This document shows, one piece after another, positions 1 to 10,477 of a stretch of DNA of 64,000 nucleotides; positions within the stretch are counted from its first letter, which is position 1; each line of letters starts with the position of its first letter. Both the position numbers and the translations under genes were made by a program. Under the pieces are notes generated by a model. It saw nothing but the letters and a program-made list of their open reading frames with translations. It was not told the DNA's origin and did no database searches. Source of the DNA: Jiangellaceae bacterium (GTDB lineage: Bacteria; Actinomycetota; Actinomycetes; Jiangellales; Jiangellaceae); the NCBI GenBank assembly GCA_036374835.1, contig DASUTB010000005.1, positions 32,708-96,707 of the forward strand. Direction: 5' to 3'.

Positions 1-778
1 GTAGCGAAACCCCGGCGAGGTCGCACACCGTCGTCGCCCAGCCGGCCGTACACGACACGACCGCGTCGGCGCGCACCGTGCCGCGGGTCGTCGCCACGCC
101 GCGCACCCGGCCGCCGTCCAGGTCGATCCCCACCACCTCGGTGTTCTGGTGCAGGTGAACACCGGCCGCATCCGCGGCTCGGGCGTACCCCCAGACCACC
201 GCGTCGTGCCGGATGATTCCGCCGGGTGGGTGCCACAGGGCGCCGACGATCGGGAACCGGGGACGGGACGACACGTCCAGGTGCGGTACGAGCCGCCCGA
301 TCTCGGCTGGAGAGATCACCTCGGAGCTCACCCCGGACAGCTTGTTCACCTCGGCGCGCCAGCGCATCGTGCGCAGCGCCGCATCCGAATGTGCCAACGT
401 CAGGTGGCCACGCTGGGAGAACATCACGTTGAAGTTCAGCTCGGCGGCCAGCGACCGGTAGAGCGCAACCGACCGGTCGTAGAAACGCACACCTTCCGGG
501 GTCAGGTAGTTCGACCGGATGATCGCGGTGTTCCGCCCGGACCCGCCACCGCCGAGGTAACCGCGCTCGAGCACCGCCACCGACCGGATGTCGTGCCGCG
601 TGGCGAGGTAGTACGCGGTGGCCAGCCCGTGTACGCCGCCACCGATGACGACGACGTCGTAGCCGTCGCGCAGCTCGTGCTCGTGCCATGCACGCGGCCA
701 GGCCGTGCCGGACAGGCCGCGGCGAACCAGGCCGAGCCCGGAGTACCTGGTCGGCCGGCGGCCCCGGCGCGCTCTCAC
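1..778 (-). CDS. FAD-dependent oxidoreductase, sarcosine oxidase beta-subunit-like. Partial: C-terminus lies beyond the window edge
   Basis: Manual reverse-strand translation gives ...RDGYDVVVIGGGVHGLATAYYLATRHDIRSVAVLERGYLGGGGSGRNTAIIRSNYLTPEG..., a DAO/SoxB-type dinucleotide-binding N-terminus. Putative GTG start at 778, 5 nt from the IclR stop. Not in the ORF track because it is truncated by the window edge. Confidence 0.6.
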   Translation of the reverse strand, partial: MRARRGRRPTRYSGLGLVRRGLSGTAWPRAWHEHELRDGYDVVVIGGGVHGLATAYYLATRHDIRSVAVLERGYLGGGGSGRNTAIIRSNYLTPEGVRFYDRSVALYRSLAAELNFNVMFSQRGHLTLAHSDAALRTMRWRAEVNKLSGVSSEVISPAEIGRLVPHLDVSSRPRFPIVGALWHPPGGIIRHDAVVWGYARAADAAGVHLHQNTEVVGIDLDGGRVRGVATTRGTVRADAVVSCTAGWATTVCDLAGVSL

Positions 779-782
779 CCTC

Positions 783-1547
783 TCACCGCCCGGGACCCCG
801 CCACAGCGCCGCGGCATGCTCGAGCAGGGTCGGCACAGCGGCCCGCATCGCAGCGGTGTCGAACCGCCATGACGGGCCCTGCAGCCCGACGATCGCGACG
901 AGTTGCGCGCCCGCGTCCAGAACCGGTGCGGCGATGGCGTTCAACCCTGCCTCACGCTCTTCCAGCGCCTCCGCCCATCCTCGGTCGCGCACCTCGTCCA
1001 CTTCCTTGTCCAGCACGCCGCGATCGGTGATCGTCCGGTGGGTGAACGCCTCCAGCTCCCCTTGGGGGCCGTCTCCGGTGTAGGCGAGGTACACCTTTCC
1101 AACGGCGGTGGCGTGGTTGACGCTCGGCCGGCCAAGCTCGGCGACGCTGCGGACGGTGGCGAGGCTCTGCACGAAGTCGAGCGTCATCGCCGTCGTCTCG
1201 CCGGGCACCGACAACGTGGCGGTCTCGCCGGTGGCCTCCATAAGGGCGGTCAGTCGCGAGCGGGCCAGGTCACGCAGATCGATCCTGGAAAGCGCGCCGT
1301 TGCCGAGCTCGACGAGCCGCAGACCCAGGTTGAAGCGCCCTGTCACTGGAGATCTGCGGACCATCTCGTGGCGGGTCAAGGTCGCCAACAGCCGGGACGC
1401 CGAGCTCGGGTTGAGGCCGGCCCGCCGGGCGATCTCGTTCGTGCCGAGGTCGGCGGACGACTCGGCCAGCACGTCGAGGATGGCCAGCGCGCGCTCGACG
1501 ACGACGACCGGGCGAGCGGCATCCGGCTGATCTGTTGTCGGCGTCAC
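783..1547 (-). CDS. IclR-family transcriptional regulator
   Basis: 254 aa with an N-terminal HTH (VERALAILDVLAESSADLGTNEIARRAGLNPSSASRLLATL) and a C-terminal IclR effector domain. Confidence 0.85.
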   Translation of the reverse strand: MTPTTDQPDAARPVVVVERALAILDVLAESSADLGTNEIARRAGLNPSSASRLLATLTRHEMVRRSPVTGRFNLGLRLVELGNGALSRIDLRDLARSRLTALMEATGETATLSVPGETTAMTLDFVQSLATVRSVAELGRPSVNHATAVGKVYLAYTGDGPQGELEAFTHRTITDRGVLDKEVDEVRDRGWAEALEEREAGLNAIAAPVLDAGAQLVAIVGLQGPSWRFDTAAMRAAVPTLLEHAAALWRGPGR

Positions 1548-1633
1548 ACGGCCATGTTACGGTCCGAACAGAAATTTGGAACAGTGTTGCCTATACGGCA
1601 CACCGTCGTTTCTGGGGGAGGGCATTGGTGCGA

Positions 1634-2943
1634 TGACGCCGGCCGCTGCGCGTTTCGTGGTGATCGGTTGTGGCGTGCACGGCCTGTCCACAGCCTGGCA
1701 CCTGGCGCGCAGGCTACGCGCCCGTGGGATGGACCCGGACGTGGTCGTCCTGGACAAGGCCGGCGTCGGCGCGGGTGCCTCCGGGGTGGCCTGCGGCGTG
1801 ATCCGCAACAATTACTTCCAGCCGGCCATGCGGCGGCTGATGGCTCACTCGGTCAACCTCTGGGAGTCCGATCCCACCGCCTTCTCATATCACCCGGTCG
1901 GCTATCTCCAACTGGGGCACGAGGCGATGCGCGCGGACGTGGAGCAGATCCACCACGAGCAGCAGGCGATCGGTTATCCGTCGACCCACATCGACGGTGC
2001 GGCCGACTCGCGTGCCTACCTGGAAAAGCTGTTTCCGGACTGGCGGGCCGAGGGCATCGCCTGCGTCCTCCACGAGCATCGCGGTGGGTTCGCGAACAAC
2101 CGCGCGTCGCTGCGCGGGCTGGCCGCCAAGGCCGAGGAGGCCGGCGCGAAGATCCTCACCGGAGTGCGGGTCACCGGGATCGACGCCGACACGCAGACGA
2201 TCCGCACCGATCAGGGCCTGATCCGGTGCGAGCAGGTCGTCGTCGCAGCCGGTCCGTGGACCCGCGACCTGTGGGCCATGCTCGGGTTGCCCGACGCGAT
2301 CGAGATCCGTGGTCCGGACGGGGCGGTGCGCAACGCCCCGATGTGGACTTACTGGCTGGTCCAGGAGGGCACGTTGAAGATCGATCCCGAGTCGTTCACC
2401 GACGCGGCCGGACGACAGCCGCCGGTCGTGCATGTGGACACTGACGCGCCGCTGTACGACGAGGACGGCGAACTGGTCACGGACGATCCGTGGGGCATCT
2501 ACTACAAACCGGACGCGAACTTCGGCGGCATCCAGGGTGGCAGCATGCCGCGCCGTATCGACTCGCCCGCAGCGGACGTGCAAGTCGATCCCTACGGTCC
2601 GGAGCGGTCCGCTTACCGGACCGGCGCCGAGTTCGCCCGGCTCTGGACCGCCGCGCTGACGCATTGCCACGGCCAGCTTGCCGGAGCACGCAATCTGTAT
2701 TCGCCGGAGCCGTCGGGAGCGATCGGCTGCTTCACCCCGGACAGCTTTCCCGTCTTCGACCGGTTCGGCTTCGCGTATGTCATCGCCGACTCCAACCACG
2801 GCTACAAGATGATCGGAGTGGGTGCGCTGGTGGCTGACGAGCTGCTCGATGAGCCGCAGGATCTGCTCGAGCCGTTCCGCTTCGCCCGCTACGGCACCGG
2901 TGAGCTGCACCCGGCCAGCAACTCGCCGTTCCCGTGGAGCTGA
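1634..2943 (+). CDS. FAD-dependent oxidoreductase (DadA/sarcosine-oxidase family)
   Basis: GxGxxG motif (VVIGCGVHGLSTAWHLA) near the N-terminus. Start chosen at ATG 1634 rather than the ORF-track start at 1576. Confidence 0.8.
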
Positions 2944-3003
2944 CCGTGTGTGAGCCAGCTTCCGGGTCGGGACGCCCGGCCACCCAACTCAGTAAGGATG
3001 AGC

Positions 3004-4068
3004 ATGGATCAACGTGATGGAAACAAGAGTCGCCAGGACGGGGCCGGCCTGCTCGACCGGCTGGCCGCCGGGCCGGTCGTCTGCGCCGAGGGTTACCTCT
3101 TCGAGCTCGAGCGGCGCGGCTACCTGCAGGCCGGTGCGTTCGTCCCGGAGGTGGTGCTCGAGCATCCCGAGCAGGTGTCCGCGCTGCACGAGCAGTTCGT
3201 GCACGCCGGCTCGGACGTCGTCGAGGCGTTCACCTACTACGCCCATCGGGAGAAACTGCGGCTGATCGGCCAGGAGCACCTGCTCGAGCCGATGAACACG
3301 ACGGCGCTGGCGCTGGCGAGGGAGGTCGCGAAGCGGCACGGAGCGTTGCTGGCCGGCAACGTCTGTAACACGAACATCTACGACCCGAGCGACCCGGCCA
3401 CCGGGGATCAGGTGCGGGCCATGTTCACCGAGCAGGTTCAATGGGCGGCCGACGCGGGCGTGGATTTCGTGATCGCCGAGACCATCCGTTACGTCGGCGA
3501 GGCCGAGATAGCGCTGGAGGCGATCCGTGCCGCTGACCTCCCGGCCGTCGTCACGCTGGTCGTCGACCGGGACGACCTGATGCGGGACGGTCCCCCGCTG
3601 ATCGAAGCCGCCAAGCGGCTGGCCGGCGCCGGGGCGGACGTAGTGGGGCTGAACTGTGCGCGCGGCCCGGCGACCATGGCACCGCTGCTGGCCGGGCTGG
3701 TCGAGGCGCTGGACGTCCCGGTGGCTGCGCTTCCGGTGCCGTACCGGACCACGCCGGCCCAGCCGACCATGCAGTCGTTGACCGACCCCGCCGCACCGGA
3801 CGACGGCAGGGCGTTCCCCACCGCGCTCGATCCGTTCACGTGCAACCGCTACGAGGTCGCCTCGTTCACCGCGCAAGCCGCGCAGGACGGCGTCCGGTAC
3901 TTCGGTCTGTGCTGTGGCGCCGCCCCACACCATGTGCGGGCGATGGCCGAGGCGCTGGGACGCACGCCGCCGGCCAGCCGCTACTCGGCGGACATGTCCA
4001 AGCACGTCTACCTGGGTACCGACCCGGGCCTGGCCGCGCACAACCGCGAGTACCGCACGCGACTCTGA
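3004..4068 (+). CDS. Homocysteine S-methyltransferase family protein (BHMT-like, pterin-binding fold)
   Basis: Family-like motifs GLLDRLAAGPVVCAEGYLFELERRGY and GLNCARGPATM. AAGGA ribosome-binding site 5 nt upstream of ATG 3004. Confidence 0.75.
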   Translation: MDQRDGNKSRQDGAGLLDRLAAGPVVCAEGYLFELERRGYLQAGAFVPEVVLEHPEQVSALHEQFVHAGSDVVEAFTYYAHREKLRLIGQEHLLEPMNTTALALAREVAKRHGALLAGNVCNTNIYDPSDPATGDQVRAMFTEQVQWAADAGVDFVIAETIRYVGEAEIALEAIRAADLPAVVTLVVDRDDLMRDGPPLIEAAKRLAGAGADVVGLNCARGPATMAPLLAGLVEALDVPVAALPVPYRTTPAQPTMQSLTDPAAPDDGRAFPTALDPFTCNRYEVASFTAQAAQDGVRYFGLCCGAAPHHVRAMAEALGRTPPASRYSADMSKHVYLGTDPGLAAHNREYRTRL

Positions 4069-4092
4069 CCCCGGCACTATCACGGGCGCGGG

Positions 4093-5952
4093 TTAGAAGG
4101 CGGCTTCGTCGAGGTCCATCAGCGCGTTGTCGGTCGCCTCGGCGATCGAGCGCTCGGCGGTCAGCTTCGGCAGCACGGTGCGCGCGAAGAACTGCGCCGC
4201 GGCGATCTTGCCCTCGTAGAACGACCGGTCGGCCGGCCGTAGGTCGCCGTCGAGCTTGGTAAGCGCCACGGCGGCAGAGCGCAGCAGCAGCCAGCCGACG
4301 ACGAGATCGCCGGCGGCGAGCAGCAGGCGGGTCGTGTTGAGGCCGACCTTGTAGATGTTGCGGATGTCGCCGTTCTCGGCTGCCGGGTCGGACGACATCA
4401 GGTTCTGCACCATCGAGCCGAGCATCGCCTGGACGTCACCGAGCGCGGTCGCGAGCAGTTCGCGCTCTTCCTTGAGCCGGCCGCCGCCGATGTCGGCGTC
4501 GAGCGAAGCCTGGATCTGTTCGTTGATCCATCCGATGGCTCGGCCCTTGTCCTTGATGATCTTCCGGAAGAATAAGTCGAGACCCTGGATGGCCGTAGTG
4601 CCCTCGTACAGCGTGTCGATCTTCGCGTCCCGGACGTACTGCTCCAGCGGGTAGTCCTGGAGGAAGCCGGACCCGCCGAACGTCTGCAGCGACTCCGAGC
4701 CGAGCAGCACCCACGAGCGCTCCGACCCGTAGCCCTTGACGATCGGCAGCAGCAGGTCGTTCACTCGTTCAGCCAGCTCATCGGTTTCGCCAGCGGCGGC
4801 CGCGGCCTGGACGCGGTCCTGCATCGTCGCGGTGTAGAGGACGAGCGCGCGCATGCCCTCGGCATGGGACTTCTGGGTCATGAGCGAGCGGCGTACGTCC
4901 GGATGGTTGACGATCGTCACCCGCGGAGCGGTCTTGTCGTCGGCCTGGGTCAGATCGGCGCCCTGGACGCGCTCCTTCGCGAACTCGAGTGCGTTGAGGT
5001 AGCCGGACGAGAGCGTGGCGATGGCCTTGGTGCCGACCATCATGCGGGCGAATTCGATGACCTGGAACATCTGCGCGATGCCGTCGTGGACTTCGCCTAC
5101 GAGATATCCGACGGCGGGCTCGGCGTCCCCGAACGTCAGCTCGCACGTCGAGGAGACCTTCAGGCCCATCTTCTCCTCGACGTTGGTCGCATTGACGCCG
5201 TTGCGCTCACCGAGCTCGCCGGTCTCGAAGTCGAACTTGTACTTGGGCACGATGAACATCGACAGACCCTTGGTGCCCGGTCCACCGGCGCCCTCCACAC
5301 CGGTGGGGCGCGCGAGTACCAGATGGATGATGTTCTCGGTGAGGTCATGCTCACCAGAGGTGATGAAGCGCTTCACGCCCTCGATGTGCCACGTGCCGTC
5401 CTCCTGCCGGTAGGCCTTGGTGCGGCCGGCGCCGACATCCGAACCGGCGTCCGGCTCGGTCAGCACCATCGTGGCGCCCCAACCCCGCTCGAGCATGATC
5501 TCGGCAATGCGCTTCTGCTCCGGTGTGCCGTTCTCCCATATCACGCGGGCGAAAGACGGTCCGGTCGCGTACATGTAGGCGGCGGCGTTGGAGCCGAGCA
5601 CCATCTCCGCGGCCGCCCAGTACACCGACGGCGGTACGGGCGTGCCGTCCAACTCGGCCGGGGTGGCGAGTCGCCACAGTTCGGTGTCCATCAGCGCGCG
5701 GTACGACGTCTTGAACGCCTCCGGCACGGTGACCGTGCGCTCGGCGGCGTCGTACACGGGCGGATGACGGTCGGCCTCCTCATAGGAAGCGGCGAGATCC
5801 TCCCGAGCGAGGCGGTCGACCTCTTCGAGGATTGCCCGGGCGGCGTCGGCGTCGACGTGCTCGTACTGGCCGTGGCCGAGCAGGTCGCCGCGTTCGAGAA
5901 CGTCGAACAGCAGGAACTCGATGTCGCGAAGGTTGGACTTGTAGTGACTCAT
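4093..5952 (-). CDS. Acyl-CoA dehydrogenase, large (~620 aa) type
   Basis: ACAD N-terminal, middle and C-terminal domain signatures (e.g. [37 protein letters not shown]). Confidence 0.85.
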   Translation of the reverse strand: MSHYKSNLRDIEFLLFDVLERGDLLGHGQYEHVDADAARAILEEVDRLAREDLAASYEEADRHPPVYDAAERTVTVPEAFKTSYRALMDTELWRLATPAELDGTPVPPSVYWAAAEMVLGSNAAAYMYATGPSFARVIWENGTPEQKRIAEIMLERGWGATMVLTEPDAGSDVGAGRTKAYRQEDGTWHIEGVKRFITSGEHDLTENIIHLVLARPTGVEGAGGPGTKGLSMFIVPKYKFDFETGELGERNGVNATNVEEKMGLKVSSTCELTFGDAEPAVGYLVGEVHDGIAQMFQVIEFARMMVGTKAIATLSSGYLNALEFAKERVQGADLTQADDKTAPRVTIVNHPDVRRSLMTQKSHAEGMRALVLYTATMQDRVQAAAAAGETDELAERVNDLLLPIVKGYGSERSWVLLGSESLQTFGGSGFLQDYPLEQYVRDAKIDTLYEGTTAIQGLDLFFRKIIKDKGRAIGWINEQIQASLDADIGGGRLKEERELLATALGDVQAMLGSMVQNLMSSDPAAENGDIRNIYKVGLNTTRLLLAAGDLVVGWLLLRSAAVALTKLDGDLRPADRSFYEGKIAAAQFFARTVLPKLTAERSIAEATDNALMDLDEAAF

Positions 5953-6058
5953 TCGGCGCTGCCTTTCAAGAACCGCGCTGTTACTCGTCGGTAACTTAGA
6001 TTATCCTACTCGGCGGTAACTTATGCAAGGCACGGTGGCAGCGCGGACATTCTCAAGA

Positions 6059-6877
6059 TCATTCTCTCTGGGCGGGTCCAGTAGTGGCGAGCCACTCCGA
6101 CCAGGTGGTGGTGCCCCGGATGCCGTCTTCCTGGCAGGTTTGCCGGCCGGCGGCCCGTACCATTCGTGCCGGCAAACGGAGCGGCAGGATACGCCGTCGG
6201 AGGCCGCGGGCAGCCTGGTACAGGCGGGCGAACTCCACCATGGAGGCGATTTGTGGGCCGCCGAAGTCGGGCCGGATCCCGCTCGGCCCGTCGTTCAGGC
6301 ACGCGACCACGTGTTTCGCGAACTCGGCCGAATCGCAGGGTTGGGTCTCGATGTTGGCCGGCAAGGGCCAGACTCGTCGGCTGGCCATGGTGTCGAACAT
6401 CCTGGCGAACAGCCAGTAGAACGCAGCCGCCGGCAGGATTGACCAGGGCACCGAGCCTGCACGAACCAGGTCCTCCGCTGCTGCCTTGACCCGCATGTAC
6501 GGCAATCGGGATTGCTGAACACCGATGATCGAGATGTGCAGGAAGTGCTCGACGTGGCCCTTGCTGGCCTCGGCCAGTAGCAATCGCGTCCCGTCGATGT
6601 CCACATCAGACGGGCTGCCCGCGAAGTCACGCACCCGCAGCATCCCGTGTTGCGCAGCCGGAGAGTTCGTCGCCGCATGCACCACCATGTCGGCTCCGGC
6701 CACTGCATCGGCGACACCCTCACCGGTTCCGAGGTCGCCTTTGATCCACTCCACCTCGGGATCCTGGCCGGGGTTGCGAGCCAAGACCCTCACCCGCCTG
6801 CCTTCGTCCTTGAGCAACTGCACGACGTCCCTGCCCAGATGGCCGGTTCCGCCGGTCACCAATACTGTCTTCATCAC
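6059..6877 (-). CDS. NAD(P)H-binding NmrA/SDR-like protein
   Basis: N-terminal Rossmann motif VLVTGGTGHLGRDVV. Confidence 0.75.
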   Translation of the reverse strand: MMKTVLVTGGTGHLGRDVVQLLKDEGRRVRVLARNPGQDPEVEWIKGDLGTGEGVADAVAGADMVVHAATNSPAAQHGMLRVRDFAGSPSDVDIDGTRLLLAEASKGHVEHFLHISIIGVQQSRLPYMRVKAAAEDLVRAGSVPWSILPAAAFYWLFARMFDTMASRRVWPLPANIETQPCDSAEFAKHVVACLNDGPSGIRPDFGGPQIASMVEFARLYQAARGLRRRILPLRLPARMVRAAGRQTCQEDGIRGTTTWSEWLATTGPAQRE

Positions 6878-7000
6878 AACTCACCCTTCGATCGGTGTGC
6901 GCTACCCCTCCGACGGAGCGGCATTGCCCGTTGTGACAGAGCCGAATCACTCGGCGCGATCTGCTCGCGGCAAGTGCGGCCGTGCGCTCCTCCGGCTGCC

Positions 7001-8473
7001 CTACCAGCCGCGCTGGCGACGCTTGACCTCCAGCCGCGTCGGCCCGACCATGCGTGGTCGCATGAAGCGCCGTTCAGCCCGGTTCAGCTCGCGCCGGACC
7101 GGCTGCGCGGTGATCTCGCCGACAAGAACACCTGCGGCCAAGGCAATGCCGATCGCGGTGGCTTCGATCAGTGCAAAGAGGCCCGCGGCGGTGAAGCCGG
7201 CGTTCAGTTCCAACAGCGCCCGATAGATCGTCAGGCCGGGAAGCAGAATCACCATTCCTGGCACCACCACGACGAGCGGCGGAGCGTGGAGGCGCAACGC
7301 GACGATGTGCCCCGCGAGCCCGACGACCACCGCTGCCACCGCAGCCGACAACGGGGCGGCGCCCGCGGACTCCTGCATCGCGTACCAGACGATGAAGCTG
7401 AGCCCGCCGATCGCTGCGCAGGGTGCGAGCAATCGCCGAGGAGTCTGGTAGGCGAGCGCGAAGCTGGCCGCGCCGATGCCGGCCGCAATCGTGCGTACCG
7501 GCACTTCAGCCACGGTGGTGGCGGCCGTCGGCGGTGCGACGTGCATGGTGATGTCCCACTGCTCTACGATCAACAGCGCAAACACCACTCCACCGATGAT
7601 TCCGCCGGTCATGAGCACGACTTCCATGATGCGAGCGGCCGCCGTCACCAGGAATCCGGTAAGCGCATCCTGCAGCGTCGAGACGATCCCCAACCCGGCG
7701 AGCAGCACGATGATGCCGCCGGCGACGACCAGCGACGGCCGGAAGTCCGTGTTCAAAGCCGTTAAACCGGCGGCGATGAGGCCGACGACGAGGCCACCGA
7801 CGAACTGAAGATAAAAGTCGGGCCAGCCATGCCGGCGCAGGAACCTGCCCAGTTGATCGACAATGACCGTGGACGCGAACGCGACTATAGCGATCACGAG
7901 CGATCCGCCGAGCACGTTGGTGGCTGACGCGGCGAGCATGCCCCACCCGGCTGAGACCATCCAGCGTGGGTAGTACGGCTTGAGGGACTCGATCTCTCCG
8001 AGCCGAACGGCCGCCTCGCGGCGTGAAAGGTCGTTGTCGACAAGATCGACGACGAGGTTGTGGACCATCGCGACCCGGGCGTAGTTGGCCGAGCGGTGCC
8101 GGACGACGCGGACCTGGGTGACGGGCGGCCCGTCGTCGCGGATGAGCGTCACGGTGACCGCACTGAAGCTGATGTCGACTTCGGTCCGGGGCACGCCGAA
8201 CGCGTTCGCCGCAGCGATGACGGCGGCTTCGACATCACTTGTCGCCGCGCCACTGCTGACGAGAACGTCACCGAGGCGAAGCAGCAGGTCGGCGATGCGA
8301 TGTATCTCCGCATCGTGAGCCGCCGGCGCGTCAGAACGCCGTGCGTAGCGGCGCAGCACAGCTTGTGCCCCGGCTCCCGCCGGTGTTGGAGGAGGAGTGT
8401 TGTTGATCTTACGAGTCGAGCCTCTTGTCGGGTCCGGCTCCGTACCGTCTCGGCGGCGTGGACGCAGTCTCAC
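7001..8473 (-). CDS. Threonine/serine exporter family protein (ThrE-like, DUF1212+DUF3815)
   Basis: Soluble N-terminal domain followed by multiple transmembrane segments. True start may lie downstream of the first in-frame ATG. Confidence 0.7.
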   Translation of the reverse strand: MRLRPRRRDGTEPDPTRGSTRKINNTPPPTPAGAGAQAVLRRYARRSDAPAAHDAEIHRIADLLLRLGDVLVSSGAATSDVEAAVIAAANAFGVPRTEVDISFSAVTVTLIRDDGPPVTQVRVVRHRSANYARVAMVHNLVVDLVDNDLSRREAAVRLGEIESLKPYYPRWMVSAGWGMLAASATNVLGGSLVIAIVAFASTVIVDQLGRFLRRHGWPDFYLQFVGGLVVGLIAAGLTALNTDFRPSLVVAGGIIVLLAGLGIVSTLQDALTGFLVTAAARIMEVVLMTGGIIGGVVFALLIVEQWDITMHVAPPTAATTVAEVPVRTIAAGIGAASFALAYQTPRRLLAPCAAIGGLSFIVWYAMQESAGAAPLSAAVAAVVVGLAGHIVALRLHAPPLVVVVPGMVILLPGLTIYRALLELNAGFTAAGLFALIEATAIGIALAAGVLVGEITAQPVRRELNRAERRFMRPRMVGPTRLEVKRRQRGW

Positions 8474-8594
8474 GACCCATATTTACCAAATCGCAACCTC
8501 AAACTTCGAACTGGTTTCGGCGTCCGCCCGCTGAGGCCGGGCACGGGTGCCGTTCAAGATCACATCGAGGGTTGTCCGGTACGCTGTGCACGCG

Positions 8595-8667
8595 GGGCCG
8601 CTAGCTCAATTGGCAGAGCTGTGGACTTTTAATCCATAGGTTCGGGGTTCGAGTCCCCGGCGGCCCA
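8595..8667 (+). tRNA. tRNA-Lys (anticodon UUU)
   Basis: Cloverleaf folded by hand. Acceptor stem GGGCCGC pairs with GCGGCCC, anticodon loop is CTTTTAA, T-loop is TTCGAGT, discriminator A. Confidence 0.85.
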
Positions 8668-8685
8668 CAGGCCCACAGGCCCACC
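8662..8685 (+). repeat. Tandem GGCCCACA x3 (third unit degenerate), overlapping and extending the tRNA-Lys 3' end
   Basis: Read directly: cggcccacaggcccacaggcccacc. Confidence 0.6.
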
Positions 8686-8888
8686 TCTCACCTGCACAAA
8701 TGTCGACGGACAGTGGGTGATCTTTGACCCCGCCCTCTCCAGTTGCCTACATTTCGTGCCACAAACCATGTCAGGCTCGAACCGTTGAATCCTTGGGTAT
8801 CGACGACGCCTGCGGCGACGCCTTGGCATCGAGAGCTACTTGACACCGCTAGCGCACGAACGGTGGCTTGCTGGCGTACGCGAAGCGG

Positions 8889-9176
8889 TTACGCGGCGCG
8901 TTTGACCAGGCGTAGGTCGGCTGAGAGGGCGTTGGCGATGCGTTGGAGGGTGCGGACGGTCGGGCTGGTGGAGCCGCGTTCGATACGGCTGATATCGGCC
9001 TGGTTCATGCCGCATCGGGCGGCGAGCTCGGCTTGGGTGAGCCCGTGCTGTTCGCGGAGTTCGATAACCTGCATGGCGATGTTGTAGGCCGCTTCGAACA
9101 CCGCTTGCTGCTGCAGCTCCTCGGGAGACATGCGGGCGCGGTGTGGCGCAATGAGCTCTTCGTAGCTGCGTGCCAT
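8889..9176 (-). CDS. XRE-family HTH antitoxin (HigA-like)
   Basis: 95 aa with an HTH (LTQAELAARCGMNQADISRIERG), immediately downstream of the toxin gene on the same strand. Confidence 0.7.
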   Translation of the reverse strand: MARSYEELIAPHRARMSPEELQQQAVFEAAYNIAMQVIELREQHGLTQAELAARCGMNQADISRIERGSTSPTVRTLQRIANALSADLRLVKRAA

Positions 9177-9222
9177 TGCGGGTCACCTCCACCAACCAGT
9201 ATGGGTAATTTCCTATGCGTCG

Positions 9223-9693
9223 TCAACGGCCGTGACGCGGCGTGTCCCGGCGCTGCCGTTTCTGCTGGCGTTGGCGTTCTTTGAACTCGACAAGCAGGGC
9301 CCGTGCTCGGGCGATCTCACGCTGTTGCCGTTTCTCCTTCGGGTCGGCGCCTTTGTCGTAGCCGCCGAGCAGTAGGACGATCTTGTTGCCGTGGAAGTGG
9401 ACGAAGATGCGCAGCAGGATCTTCTCCCGCTTCCCCGACCCGGCCGGATCCTGGTTGCCGAACATGTGGGTGATCTCTTCGGCGTCGTGCCGGACCCGGA
9501 ACTCGTGTAGTCCGTTGCCCAGCGCCTTGAGCCATTCGGTGCCCGCCAGATCGATCCCCCGGGCGGCCAGTACCTGTTTCATCGCCGCGTTCACCGCTGC
9601 GAGCTTGAAGCCTGACAAGCCGCCGAGGAAACGGTCGAACGGGACGGTGCCGTCCTTGGTCTCGTACACCTCCAGGGTCCACACCGCCGCCAT
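9223..9693 (-). CDS. RelE/ParE-superfamily toxin (HigB-like, phage Gp49-like) with a K/R-rich tail
   Basis: Start trimmed to MAAVWTLEVYETKDGTVPFDRF. Toxin-then-antitoxin gene order, as in higBA. Confidence 0.6.
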   Translation of the reverse strand: MAAVWTLEVYETKDGTVPFDRFLGGLSGFKLAAVNAAMKQVLAARGIDLAGTEWLKALGNGLHEFRVRHDAEEITHMFGNQDPAGSGKREKILLRIFVHFHGNKIVLLLGGYDKGADPKEKRQQREIARARALLVEFKERQRQQKRQRRDTPRHGR

Positions 9694-9855
9694 GGTACGG
9701 CGATCATGATCTCGGTCAAATGCATTACGCCGATCTTGCGTAGCCCAACCGTCGCCGCGATCTGAGGGTCCGCGTGGCACAGTTTGTGGCTTGAAATAGG
9801 GCGGGACTTTGGTGCATGGCTAAAGGCTGCTTGCATTGTGCTAGCATCGCTTCTA

Positions 9856-10082
9856 TGACGACGCTGTACATCCGGGACGTGGACGAGACGGTGGCCAACA
9901 CGTTGAAGGAACGTGCTTCGGCTGCGGGTATGTCATTGTCCGCATATGTCGCCCGAGAACTAGAGACCCTCGCATCGCGCCCCACCAACGCTGAGATCGT
10001 CCAGCGGCTCAAGGCCAGGGACCGTTCTACGGGGCCGTCAACCGCCGATATCGTGCAGACGGTGCAAGATAGCCGCAGATGA
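9856..10082 (+). CDS. vapB: Ribbon-helix-helix antitoxin (VapB/FitA-like)
   Basis: MTTLYIRDVDETVANTLKERA. Stop overlaps the vapC start codon (ATGA). Confidence 0.6.
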
Positions 10083-10477
10083 TTGTTGTCGACGCCTCTT
10101 CCATGGTCGAGGCGCTCGTGGGCCGTGACGTCGACGACGGTCTACTCGACGCGCTTGAGGGCAGCGTCCACGGTCCGCACCTGCTCGACGTGGAAGTCCT
10201 TTCCGTCCTGCGGGGCCTCACCCTAAGCGGGAAGCTGTCACCAGAGGTCGCGGAGGCTGCACGTACCGACTACTTCGCCTTGACGATCGCCCGCTACGAG
10301 GTGCATGGCCTTGCTGATCGCATCTGGGGCCTGCGTCACAACTACACCATCTACGACGCCTGCTACGTGGCGCTCGCCGAAGCACTCAATGCACCGCTTT
10401 ACACCTGCGATCACAAACTCGCTGCCGACGGCCACACCGCCGACGTCCTGGTCTTCCCCCGCAGCCACCAACCTTGA
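10079..10477 (+). CDS. vapC: PIN-domain ribonuclease toxin VapC
   Basis: MIVVDASSMVEAL..., with the PIN acidic residues. Confidence 0.8.
   Translation: MIVVDASSMVEALVGRDVDDGLLDALEGSVHGPHLLDVEVLSVLRGLTLSGKLSPEVAEAARTDYFALTIARYEVHGLADRIWGLRHNYTIYDACYVALAEALNAPLYTCDHKLAADGHTADVLVFPRSHQP

Noticed and set aside
149-1030. 293-aa + strand ORF and nested ORFs covering 149-1083
   Set aside because: Arg/Pro/Gly-rich nonsense typical of antisense frames in 70% GC DNA. The opposite strand encodes a convincing SoxB-like N-terminus and the IclR regulator.
903-2444. 513-aa + ORF spanning the IclR gene antisense into the oxidoreductase
   Set aside because: Runs antisense through a well-supported IclR gene and out of frame through the FAD oxidoreductase. 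Low-complexity R/G/A composition.
1885-2910. 341-aa - ORF opposite the FAD oxidoreductase
   Set aside because: Shadow ORF. The + frame has a GxGxxG dinucleotide fold and coherent domain order.
2989-4083. 364-aa - ORF opposite the BHMT-like gene
   Set aside because: Shadow ORF rich in R/G/V with no motifs.
8662-8685. Possible CRISPR-like or att repeat (GGCCCACA x3)
   Set aside because: Too short, with no spacers, for CRISPR. Retained only as a simple tandem repeat and possible att scar.
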